Shown: positions 9,001-16,840 of the stretch, one piece after another
How the letters are laid out: each line of letters opens with the position of its first letter
Numbering within the stretch: the stretch's first letter is position 1
From: Nostoc punctiforme PCC 73102
GTDB taxonomy: Bacteria; Cyanobacteriota; Cyanobacteriia; Cyanobacteriales; Nostocaceae
Length of the DNA stretch: 32,000 nucleotides
Assembly (NCBI RefSeq): GCF_000020025.1
Contig: NC_010628.1
Location: forward strand, 2,160,001 to 2,192,000
Reading direction: 5' to 3'
Program-made: the position numbers and the translations under genes
The notes under the pieces: generated by a model
What the model saw: the letters and a program-made list of their open reading frames with translations, nothing else
What the model was told of the DNA's origin: nothing
Database searches by the model: none

Positions 9001-12000
9001 TATGCCTCTTATGGAATATTGATGTGCGGTGTATTCAAAAACGTCGAATTAGGTTATGAATTCGGTCAGTTAGCCCTCGACCTGCGATCGCGCTATCAAA
9101 ATTCCGAATTGAAAGGGAAAACTTTATTACTAGTCTACTTATACACAAGGCATTGGAAAATCCATCTGCGGGAGTTATTACAACCCTTGCAGACAGCCTA
9201 TTGTAGTTGTTTAGATGTAGGCGATTTGGCTTTTGCGGGTTACTCTGCGTATAATTACGGTTTTTACTCCTATTTTTCAGGACAGAATTTAACACAGCTA
9301 GAGCCGGAAGTTGCTGATTATTGTGAAGCGCTCAAGCACCTCAAGCAAAATCTAGCTCTGAACTATTCCCAATTAATTCGACAAATTTTGCTGAATTTAA
9401 TGGGAGAAGCGGATGATGTTGTGGTGTTGAGCGGTACAGCCTACAATGAACAGCATCAACTTCCATTACATGAAGCAGCAGGCGATCGCACCGGATTAGC
9501 ATTGCTGTGGATTAACAAACTGGTTGTATCGTATTTGTTTTCCGAGTTTGAACAAGCCGTAGAACAAGCTAGGCAAGCGAGACAATATTTAGACGCTATT
9601 ATTGCTTTTTTATATGTACCTATCTTTCATTTCTATGATTCTTTAGCTCAACTAGCATGGTTTGAGCAACTCTCAGCCCTAGAACAGCAGCAAATGAAAG
9701 AATGCATTACTGCTAACCAAGAAAAACTTAACTACTGGGCTACCCATGCGCCAATAAATTTTCGACACAAATTTGATTTGGTGGAAGCCGAGCGTTATCG
9801 AGTTTTGGGCAATCGGGCAGAAGCAATTGAATGTTACGATCGCGCCATCATTGGAGCCAAAGAACAAGGCTATATTCAAGAAGAAGCACTAGCCAATGAA
9901 TTAGCCGCCAAATTCTACCTCGACTGGGGCAAAGAGCAGATTGCTCAGTCATACATGACTCAAGCCTACTATGGTTATGCTCGTTGGGGTGCGAAAACCA
10001 AAGTCGTCGATCTAGAAAAACGCTATCCCCAATTACTTGCCCCCATTCTTCAGCAAAGTCCTTCTCCTCTCTCAACTAACGAAACTATCTTTGCCTTGGG
10101 GAGTGTCACCTGCACCAGTTCTGCCAATTCCAGTAGTAGCAGCATTTCTGTTGCTCTAGATTTAGCTAGCATTCTCAAAGCTTCCCAAACCCTATCTGGC
10201 GAAATCGAACTAGAAAAACTGCTTTCAGTATTGCTGCATATCGTCATTGAAAATGCCGGAGCAGATAAGTGTGTGTTCATGCTTTTAGAATCAGGGCGTT
10301 TGCTAATTCAGGCGTTAGCACAGCTTTCTCTTGGTATCGTATCTATAGAGAACAAGGGAATTACCCATATTGATTTTTACCCAAGGTTGCTGAATCCACA
10401 GCCCATTGAAGACTCTCAGGATGTGCCAGTTGGCTTAATTAATACCGTCAAACGCAGCTTAAAACCAACGGTAATTATTGATGCCACAGTGCATCCTCAG
10501 TTCATCAACGATCCTTATATTCAGCAACAGCAGCCCAAAAGCATCTTGTGCAGCCCGATATTACATCAAGGGAAGTTGCTGGGCATATTGTATCTGGAAA
10601 ATAATCTGACAAATGGAGCCTTTACAAGCGATCGCGTCGAACTGCTGAACTTGCTTTGCGCTCAAGCGGCAATTTCTTTGGTGAATGCGCGACTTTATCA
10701 AAATTCCCAAAACTATGCTCAACAGTTGACGCAATCTCTAGCAAAATTACAGGCTAGTGAAATCCGCTTCCAAAATTTGGCGAATAATATTCCTGGTATG
10801 GTATACCAATTCCGTTTGGCGGCCGACGGTTCTATTTCAACACCCTACGTTAGCTCTGGCTGTTTGGACTTGTATGGCTTAGAGCCAGAGTTAGTGATGG
10901 CAGGGATACACAGCCTTTACGCTATGAATCATCCTGACGATCAACCAGCTATTGCAAAAGCGATCGCTTACTCTGCCAAAACTCTGACACCATTTGAGCA
11001 AGAATGGCGCATCATCCTGCCTTCAGGAACCATAAAATGGATTCAATCTGCGGCTCGGCCAGAGCGACAAGCCGATGGCGCAATCTTATGGGATGGGGTG
11101 GTAATTGATATTAGCGATGTCTACGACGAGCTTTGCTTACGCAAACAGGCCGAAGCATCTCTAGCCAAAGAACGAGAGTTCTTGAATGCCATTATTCAAA
11201 ATATTACAGATGGGATTGTTGTTTGTGACCCTAATGGAAATTTGATCTTATTCAATAACGCAACTCGTGAGTTTCATGGCTTACCAGTAGAATCATTGCC
11301 ACCAGAGCAATGGGCAGAACACTTCGATCTCTATCAACCTGACGGTCAAACACCCCTATCAACAACAGAAATTCCTTTGTTTCGCGCCTTGCAAGGGGAA
11401 ATAGTTGAAAATGCAGAAATCGTAATTGCACCGAAGCATGGTTCTAAGAGAATTTTGTTAGCAAGCGGACAAGCGATCGTCGATTTTTTGGGCAACAAAC
11501 TTGGTGCAGTAATTGTGATGCGAGATATTAGCGATGTTTACAACGAGCTTCGCTTACGCAAACAGGCAGAACTTACTTTACAGCAAAAATCACTTGATTT
11601 GCAACAAGCGCTAAATGATTTACAAAACGCCCAATTACAAATAGTTCAAAGTGAAAAGATGTCTGCACTGGGTAACTTAGTTGCTGGTGTCGCTCACGAA
11701 ATGAATAATCCCCTCGGTTTTATTGCTGCCAGTCTCAAACAAGCTAAACCCACTATTGCTGATATTATCGAACACTTGAAACTCTATCAAGAAACTTTAC
11801 CCAACAAGAACGATCAAATCAAAGATCATGCGGTCGAAATTGACTTAGATTATAGCTTAGAAGACTTGCCAAAGATGATTGATTCAATGTCTATGGCGTG
11901 CGACAGGTTAAAAAAAATCAGCACCAGTTTAAGAACTTTCTCTCGTGCAGATCAAGACTACAAAGTGCCTTTCAATATCCACCAAGGTATTGATAGCACA

Positions 12001-12456
12001 ATTTTAATTTTGAAACATCGTCTAAAGGCTAATGAACTACGCCCTGCCATTGAAGTTGTCACCAACTACGGTAATTTACCTCAAATTGAATGTTTCCCAG
12101 GGCAACTCAATCAGGTGTTTATGAATATTTTAGCAAATGCGATTGATGCTTTAGATGAGTCCACTCTTGAGCGGAGTTTGGCAGAGATTCAAGAAATTCC
12201 TAACCAAATTATAATTACAACCTCAGTCGAAAATCATCTAGTTAAAATTGCCATTGCTGATAATGGGAAAGGGATGAGCGAAGAAGTAAAATCAAAGATT
12301 TTCAACCATTTATTTACGACAAAAACTGTCGGTAAAGGTACGGGTTTGGGGTTGGCGATCGCTCGGCAAATTGTTGAAGAAACTCACAACGGTAAATTGA
12401 TTTGTAACTCGGTTCTGGGTCAGGGTACAGAATTCATTATTGAAATTCCAGTATAA
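6094..12456 (+). CDS. Multidomain sensor: Ser/Thr protein kinase, P-loop (STAND-like) NTPase, helical/TPR-like repeats, GAF, PAS, PAS, histidine kinase (no receiver domain)
   Basis: Kinase motifs: HKDVKPANIL (6490-6513), DFS (6553-6561) and GTLAYLSPE. Walker A is GFSGIGKT (7096-7119), with Walker-B-like VVFLDDLQWA. A long helical region spans about 8200-10000. GAF is about 10165-10700, and the two PAS domains are about 10765-11115 and 11165-11535. H-box VAHEMNNPL has its His codon at 11695-11697, with N-box NILANAIDA and G-box GKGTGLGLAI. Single uninterrupted 2120-codon ORF. Confidence 0.9.
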   Translation: MSAKVDGTVRIAGYQIIEQLYSGSRTQVYRAIRECDRQPVVIKLLKREYPSFSELVQFRNQYAIAKNLDIPSIIKPYSLEPHHNGYALVMEDFGGISLRQFTQRRPLSLEEFLPIALQLIDTLHQLHQQRVIHKDVKPANILIHPETKKIKLIDFSIASLLPRETQEIQSPNGLEGTLAYLSPEQTGRMNRGIDYRSDFYSLGVTFFELLSGQLPFTSHDPMELLHCHIAKQPDSICNLNPEIPLMLGEIICKLMAKNAEDRYQSAMGLKHDLVFCLEQWQETGKHTWFDLGQRDISDRFLIPEKLYGREQEIECLLEVFGRVANGAVELMLVAGFSGIGKTAVVNEVHKVIVRWNGYFIKGKYDQFNRNIPLSAFVQAFRDLMGQLLTESDTQLEQWRKKILSAISESGQVIIEVIPELERIIGTQPPVPELSGSAAQNRFNLLFVKFIQVFATREHPLVVFLDDLQWANLASLNLIRLLMGETLKGYLLIIGAYRDNEVFAAHPLMVALEEIEKGATVSTITLAPLNQTDVNRLIADTLSYSTEVALPLTELVYQKAKGNPFFTIQFLKALHEDGRITFDWDTGLWQCDLVQVPRRTAACLQTSLSLTDDVVEFMAIQLQKLPLETQEILKLAACIGNQFDLATLAIVFEQSPTQTAAVLWKALQEGLVLPHCDIYKFYQESEAIRDSSDLGILDSGSCVYTFLHDRVQQAAYSLIPEEQKQATHLKIGQLLLSNTPESNREERIFEIVSQLNVAAELIAQPAERQALAQFNLMASRKAKAAIAYTAACKYAQVGIGLLAQNSWQHQYELTLALHQVATEAAYLSGDLEQMAANAHLVLNHAKTPLDKISVYEVKIEVFTAQGYFAEAIAAALTILKQLGVELPTVPTQEDVAVAFSTVLDVIGERFPAELLNLSDARDANILAAARILTSVAPCAYLFQPQLYLLVILKKVYLSVVYGNESTSTFSYASYGILMCGVFKNVELGYEFGQLALDLRSRYQNSELKGKTLLLVYLYTRHWKIHLRELLQPLQTAYCSCLDVGDLAFAGYSAYNYGFYSYFSGQNLTQLEPEVADYCEALKHLKQNLALNYSQLIRQILLNLMGEADDVVVLSGTAYNEQHQLPLHEAAGDRTGLALLWINKLVVSYLFSEFEQAVEQARQARQYLDAIIAFLYVPIFHFYDSLAQLAWFEQLSALEQQQMKECITANQEKLNYWATHAPINFRHKFDLVEAERYRVLGNRAEAIECYDRAIIGAKEQGYIQEEALANELAAKFYLDWGKEQIAQSYMTQAYYGYARWGAKTKVVDLEKRYPQLLAPILQQSPSPLSTNETIFALGSVTCTSSANSSSSSISVALDLASILKASQTLSGEIELEKLLSVLLHIVIENAGADKCVFMLLESGRLLIQALAQLSLGIVSIENKGITHIDFYPRLLNPQPIEDSQDVPVGLINTVKRSLKPTVIIDATVHPQFINDPYIQQQQPKSILCSPILHQGKLLGILYLENNLTNGAFTSDRVELLNLLCAQAAISLVNARLYQNSQNYAQQLTQSLAKLQASEIRFQNLANNIPGMVYQFRLAADGSISTPYVSSGCLDLYGLEPELVMAGIHSLYAMNHPDDQPAIAKAIAYSAKTLTPFEQEWRIILPSGTIKWIQSAARPERQADGAILWDGVVIDISDVYDELCLRKQAEASLAKEREFLNAIIQNITDGIVVCDPNGNLILFNNATREFHGLPVESLPPEQWAEHFDLYQPDGQTPLSTTEIPLFRALQGEIVENAEIVIAPKHGSKRILLASGQAIVDFLGNKLGAVIVMRDISDVYNELRLRKQAELTLQQKSLDLQQALNDLQNAQLQIVQSEKMSALGNLVAGVAHEMNNPLGFIAASLKQAKPTIADIIEHLKLYQETLPNKNDQIKDHAVEIDLDYSLEDLPKMIDSMSMACDRLKKISTSLRTFSRADQDYKVPFNIHQGIDSTILILKHRLKANELRPAIEVVTNYGNLPQIECFPGQLNQVFMNILANAIDALDESTLERSLAEIQEIPNQIIITTSVENHLVKIAIADNGKGMSEEVKSKIFNHLFTTKTVGKGTGLGLAIARQIVEETHNGKLICNSVLGQGTEFIIEIPV
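8141..8195 (+). repeat. Hairpin plus heptamer tandem repeat embedded in the kinase CDS
   Basis: agtcagaag (8141-8149) pairs with cttctgact (8162-8170) around a 12-nt loop. This is followed by gattctg gattctg gttcctg (8175-8195). Related gagtcagaag / cagaattc strings occur in the intergenic region at 21551-21590. Confidence 0.45.
11116..11142 (+). repeat. 21-nt in-frame element with flanks, copy A (GAT|gtctacgacgagctttgctta|CGC)
   Basis: Encodes VYDELCL inside DISD-RKQAE. Removing 11119-11139 restores GCGATCGC. Confidence 0.65.
11533..11559 (+). repeat. 21-nt in-frame element with flanks, copy B (GAT|gtttacaacgagcttcgctta|CGC)
   Basis: Encodes VYNELRL inside DISD-RKQAE. Matches copy A at 24 of 27 positions. 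Removing 11536-11556 restores GCGATCGC. Confidence 0.65.
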
Positions 12457-12475
12457 TTTTTATTTCCTATACTGT

Positions 12476-13336
12476 ATGAAAAAAACCAAGTTTGTCAATT
12501 TAAGCATCATATCGTTGATATTTTTTATCTTCACTGATGTATTTGTCTCTCATTCATCTCCAGCCTATTCAACAGATAATAGTGCAGAACCAATCAATAC
12601 AGAAAACACAGATTTTAATTGTTATAGACAATACCCTGAAACGAAATACCCTGAAGCAAAATCATACTGCCATGCACTTGCCAATACGAGAAATGCCGAA
12701 TTTCATCAAATATGGAAAGATTTGACAGCAATAATTAAAGATAACAGAAAAATTAAATGGGAAGATGACAAAATTAAGAGCCGTCTATTAGTAGCAACTT
12801 GGACAGGATGGAATGGATATGACGATAAAATCGGTAAAGATTTTGTAACAGCAACACAAGATATTTGGGTAACAGTTGCACCAGAGTTACAAGATTTTTG
12901 TAAACCATTTTCTATGACTGAACGAAAAAAAATAACTATACCTTACAGAATAAATCAATTGTTGGGAATACCTCCAGAAGCTAGTGAAAAAATCAACAAG
13001 CGTAAGGTTGTACAAATATGGGTAGACAAAAAAGATTTATTTATACCTACTCCAGATCCGGAAATTACTGACCATGAAGCAGAAGTAAATTTTCCAGAGT
13101 TAAGTGGATTTATATTAATTACTAATGAATATAAATCTTGGTTTTTAAAGCAATTAATGGCTAATTATTATCCGTGGACTAAACTTGGATACACTTATGA
13201 TTGGGGAAAACACAGCGACTGGGGAAAAATTGATCCAAGCAGACCAGTAAATGTAGGCTTGAGTGAATTTATTATTAGAGAAAATGCTCCTCTAAAAGTT
13301 GAGTCTATATCCTCAGCAGAAAATTATTGCAAGTAA
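12476..13336 (+). CDS. Hypothetical secreted protein (signal peptide, 4 Cys), AT-rich orphan
   Basis: An open frame of 286 aa starts at ATG 12476 (the track start 12440 is TTG and overlaps the kinase stop). N-terminus MKKTKFVNLSIISLIFFIFTDVFVSHSSPA looks like a Sec signal. I recognise no family. Hand-counted 60-nt samples give 37, 32 and 23 percent G+C, against 52 percent for one sampled line of the neighbouring kinase. Confidence 0.5.
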   Translation: MKKTKFVNLSIISLIFFIFTDVFVSHSSPAYSTDNSAEPINTENTDFNCYRQYPETKYPEAKSYCHALANTRNAEFHQIWKDLTAIIKDNRKIKWEDDKIKSRLLVATWTGWNGYDDKIGKDFVTATQDIWVTVAPELQDFCKPFSMTERKKITIPYRINQLLGIPPEASEKINKRKVVQIWVDKKDLFIPTPDPEITDHEAEVNFPELSGFILITNEYKSWFLKQLMANYYPWTKLGYTYDWGKHSDWGKIDPSRPVNVGLSEFIIRENAPLKVESISSAENYCK

Positions 13337-13360
13337 AAGTTATAAATTCTATAGCAATCC

Positions 13361-13454
13361 GATAGCGAAGCGGTAGCGAGTCAGACGCTCCTGCGTCGCT
13401 AACGCTGCGCTATCGAGCGTCTTTGATTTCTGTTCGCGCAGCGTCGCGTAGCCA
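13361..13454. repeat. Cluster of GC-rich small dispersed repeats in a convergent intergenic region
   Basis: gatagcgaagcggtagcgag tcagacgctcctgcgtcgctaacgctgcgctatcgagcgtc ... gcgcagcgtcgcgtagccat. Internal inverted pairs include cgatagcg/cgctatcg and gacgc/gcgtc. The last unit (13436-13454) resembles the reverse complement of the 21-nt in-frame element. Confidence 0.55.
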
Positions 13455-13499
13455 TATAAGGACTCTAAAAAGTTGTTCCAGTTTTATCAAAAACTATCG

Positions 13500-16400
13500 T
13501 TAACTTTTAACTGCTGGCAGATGCTTTTTTTCAGCTTTCTTAGGTTGTATACTAAGCTTTTTCCGCAATGCCTCCATGTAAATGTAAAACACTGGAGTTA
13601 GATAGAGAGTCAATATCTGAGAAAACAGCAATCCACCAACGATCGCAATCCCCAAAGGACGACGCGCTTCTGAACCGACTCCTGTCCCCAGAGCAATGGG
13701 AAGTGTGCCAATTAAAGCTGCCATCGTCGTCATCATAATCGGGCGGAAGCGAATCAAGCAAGCGGCATAGATAGTATCAAAGGAATTTTTCCCTTCCTTT
13801 CTTTGCGCTTCAATAGCAAAATCCACCAACATAATCCCATTTTTCTTGACGATACCCACCAAGAGAATTATGCCGATGAAAGAGTAAAGGTTTAAATCTA
13901 CCTGGAAAATCAGTAGCGTCAATAATGCGCCAAAACCCGCCGAAGGTAAACCGGAAAGAATGGTAATCGGGTGAATGAAATCCTCATAGAGAATACCGAG
14001 AATCAGATAGATTACTAAAATAGACACCAACAACAACACGCCTAAATCATTGAAAGACTGTTGAAAGGTTTGGGCTGAACCCTGAAAGCTGGTGGTAATT
14101 GTTGAGGGTAGTACCTCACTCGCTGCTTGCTTGATAGCATCTGTAGCCTGACTTAGAGACGTTCCTGCGAGGGTGTCAAAAGAGATAGTTGCAGAGGGGA
14201 GTTGAGCAACGTGAGTAACGGTTAGAGGACCGACGTTTTGAGTGATATTAGCGATCGCACTTAGCGGAACAAGTTTCCCAGTACTCGATTGCACATAGAG
14301 CATCGATAGGGCGGTAGAATCTCGTTGAAACTCCGGTTTTACTTCCAAGATTACATAAAATTGGTCATTTGGGGTATAAATAGTTGACACCTGACTGGAA
14401 CCATAAGCGGTACTGAGGGTTTGTTCAACTTGTTGAGCGGTAATGCCAAGGGTTGCAGCTTTGTTGTGGTCAAATTTGACTTGGATTTGAGGAGTGCTGA
14501 GTTGTAAATCACTGTCAACGTTCTGGAGTCCTGGTAGGGTTTTGACTTTATCTACAAGTTTAGGAACGTATTGGCGCAAGTCTTGCAGATTTAAACTCTG
14601 CAAGGTGAACTGATAAGTAGAATTGGTTTGTTGTCCACCGATGGGAATAGCTGGTGGAGAACGGAGGAATGTCTTAACCCCAACTACACGTCTCAACTTG
14701 GGGGTTAACTCTTGAATAATTTCGTCGGCGCTCAATTTACGTTGAGAACGCGGCTTGAGCCGAATTGTAATTCGCCCAGAGTTGACCGACGCATTCGGGC
14801 CACTTGCACCCACAATGGAATCAACTGCTTCAATGTTAGGGTCTTGACGAATGAGATCAACAACCTTTTGCTGGTGATGCCGCATATCATCAAAAGAAAT
14901 ATCTTGCGCTCCTTTGGTGTTCGCCATCAGTTGTCCGGTGTCTTCTGTAGGAATAAATCCTTTGGGAACGATGACGAACAAATAGACGGTCATTACCAGC
15001 AGAATGCCAGAACCAATCAGTGTCATCAAGCGGTATTTTAAGACAGGCTTGAGCGTCCAATCATATCCCCGCAGTAGTAAATCAAATGCCCGTTCTGAAA
15101 CTCGATACAGCCGATTTGGTCTTTGCTGATGAGATGAACTTAAGAAACGACTGCATAACATGGGGGTGAGACTGAGGGAAACAAAACCCGAAACCAAAAT
15201 TGCCACTGCGATCGTCACGGCAAATTCATGAAATAATTTCCCGATTATTCCACTCATGAACATAATCGGGATGAACACCGCCACTAGGGAAAGGGTCATT
15301 GACAAAATGGTGAAGCTGATTTCCCTCGATCCCTTCAATGCCGCATTTAGGGGAGATTCGCCCATTTCTCGATAACGGACGATATTTTCCAACACAACGA
15401 TCGCATCATCCACGACAAAGCCCACGGAGAGGGTCAACGCCATGAGTGAAAGGTTGTCTAGGGAGAAACCCGACAGATACATTACAGCAAAAGTGCCAAT
15501 AATCGCTACAGGTAGCGCCAAACTGGGAATTAGGGTAGCTGTTATATCACGTAAAAATAAGAAAATCACCAAGACAACTAGACAAACCGAAAGAACCAAG
15601 GTAAATTTCACATCGTTGACAGAGGCTCGGATGGTTTGGGAGCGATCGTACATAATCCCCATCTCAATGGATTTGGGAACTTGTTCGCGGAGTGTAGGTA
15701 AAAGTTCCTGGATGGCATCAACAATATTTACCGTGTTAGCACCTGGTTGCGGCTGCACAGCGAGAACAACAGAATGACGGTTTGTCACCTTGCGATCGCT
15801 ATATAAATTCGAGACTTTGACATTTTGTTCGCTGTCAATTATCTGCCCCAAATCTTGGAGCCGCACGGTAGCACCATTCTTGTAAGTTACAATTAGCTGG
15901 CGATAGCTGGCAGCATCGGTGAGTTGACCGTTCGCCTGAATCGTATAACTTTTGTAAGTGCCAGAGAGACTGCCGGTTGGCAAGTTGACATTTCCTTGTT
16001 GAATTGCAGTTTTTACCTGAGTTAGACCAATTCCCCGCGATGCCAACTCTCGCGGGTCAAGCTGGACGCGGACTGCATATTGCTGTTGACCAAAAACCTG
16101 TACCTGAGCAACACCATTAATCATCGAAATTGGCTGACCAACTGTTACCTCTGCGTATTCATCTACTGTCGAGATTGGCTGTGTCTCCGAATACATATAG
16201 AGGTAGAGAACTGGTGAGACAGAGGGGTTGACTTTACGGTAAGTGGGCGGGTGAGGCATTCCGGCTGGTAGTTGTCCGGCGGCGGCTGAGATGGCTGCCT
16301 GTACATCTTTTGCGGCATCTTCCACTCGGCGGCTAAAGTCAAATTGTAGGGAGATGTTAGTGCTGCCTGTGGAACTGGTGGAATTGAATGAATTGAGTCC

Positions 16401-16625
16401 GGCAATTTCGGTAAACTGTCTTTCTAGGGGTGCGGCGACTGAAGATGCCATTGTTTCCGGGGTGGCACCAGGGAGACTAGCGGAGACAGATATAAAAGGA
16501 TATTCAACATTGGGTAGGGCACTAATGGGTAATAGCAGATAACTCATGAGACCGAAGATGAGGATACCCATCATTACCAAAGTGGTCATGACTGGACGAC
16601 GGATGAAGAGTTCTGAAAGGTTCAT
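13500..16625 (-). CDS. RND efflux permease (HAE1, AcrB/MdtC-like), distal paralogue
   Basis: 1041 aa. N-terminus MNLSELFIRRPVMTTLVM, VVDDAIVVLENI motif, and a 12-TM architecture with two large periplasmic loops. Confidence 0.93.
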   Translation of the reverse strand: MNLSELFIRRPVMTTLVMMGILIFGLMSYLLLPISALPNVEYPFISVSASLPGATPETMASSVAAPLERQFTEIAGLNSFNSTSSTGSTNISLQFDFSRRVEDAAKDVQAAISAAAGQLPAGMPHPPTYRKVNPSVSPVLYLYMYSETQPISTVDEYAEVTVGQPISMINGVAQVQVFGQQQYAVRVQLDPRELASRGIGLTQVKTAIQQGNVNLPTGSLSGTYKSYTIQANGQLTDAASYRQLIVTYKNGATVRLQDLGQIIDSEQNVKVSNLYSDRKVTNRHSVVLAVQPQPGANTVNIVDAIQELLPTLREQVPKSIEMGIMYDRSQTIRASVNDVKFTLVLSVCLVVLVIFLFLRDITATLIPSLALPVAIIGTFAVMYLSGFSLDNLSLMALTLSVGFVVDDAIVVLENIVRYREMGESPLNAALKGSREISFTILSMTLSLVAVFIPIMFMSGIIGKLFHEFAVTIAVAILVSGFVSLSLTPMLCSRFLSSSHQQRPNRLYRVSERAFDLLLRGYDWTLKPVLKYRLMTLIGSGILLVMTVYLFVIVPKGFIPTEDTGQLMANTKGAQDISFDDMRHHQQKVVDLIRQDPNIEAVDSIVGASGPNASVNSGRITIRLKPRSQRKLSADEIIQELTPKLRRVVGVKTFLRSPPAIPIGGQQTNSTYQFTLQSLNLQDLRQYVPKLVDKVKTLPGLQNVDSDLQLSTPQIQVKFDHNKAATLGITAQQVEQTLSTAYGSSQVSTIYTPNDQFYVILEVKPEFQRDSTALSMLYVQSSTGKLVPLSAIANITQNVGPLTVTHVAQLPSATISFDTLAGTSLSQATDAIKQAASEVLPSTITTSFQGSAQTFQQSFNDLGVLLLVSILVIYLILGILYEDFIHPITILSGLPSAGFGALLTLLIFQVDLNLYSFIGIILLVGIVKKNGIMLVDFAIEAQRKEGKNSFDTIYAACLIRFRPIMMTTMAALIGTLPIALGTGVGSEARRPLGIAIVGGLLFSQILTLYLTPVFYIYMEALRKKLSIQPKKAEKKHLPAVKS

Positions 16626-16668
16626 GGGTTTTGTTATTGAGTTAAGCCTTAACTCTTTGTCAAAGTCA

Positions 16669-16819
16669 TTTTTTTTAAACGAACCACAGAGGCGCAGAAG
16701 GCACTGAGAGAAGAAAGAAATGCTTAACTCTAAGTTGGCTCATAACACATATAGCTGTAAAAAACTCTCTTGATTCTCGTCTCTGTGTCCTCTGCGTCTC
16801 TGCGGTTCGTCTAAAAAAA
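16669..16819. mobile_element. MITE-like element with about 40-nt imperfect terminal inverted repeats between the two RND genes
   Basis: The left arm is ttttttttaaacgaaccacagaggcgcagaaggcactgagag (16669-16710). It matches the reverse complement of the right arm ctctgtgtcctctgcgtctctgcggttcgtctaaaaaaa (16781-19). A single-arm relative lies at about 21625-21648. Confidence 0.5.
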
Positions 16820-16840
16820 TTGAATATCACGATCGCTCGC

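Noticed and set aside
6094-12456. Possibility that the STAND-like NTPase protein is an anti-phage Avs/STAND-type defence gene.
   Set aside because: Its flanking domains are signalling modules (Ser/Thr kinase, GAF, PAS, His kinase), not nuclease, protease or other killing effectors. The architecture matches a known cyanobacterial sensor family. No other defence genes are adjacent.
7290-12485. Homopolymeric A tracts inside coding regions (A8 at 7290-7297 and 11910-11917, A7 at 12479-12485, two A7 runs near 2094-2110) as phase-variation switches.
   Set aside because: They encode ordinary Lys-rich peptides in an AT-leaning genome. There is no evidence of frame disruption or alternative frames downstream.
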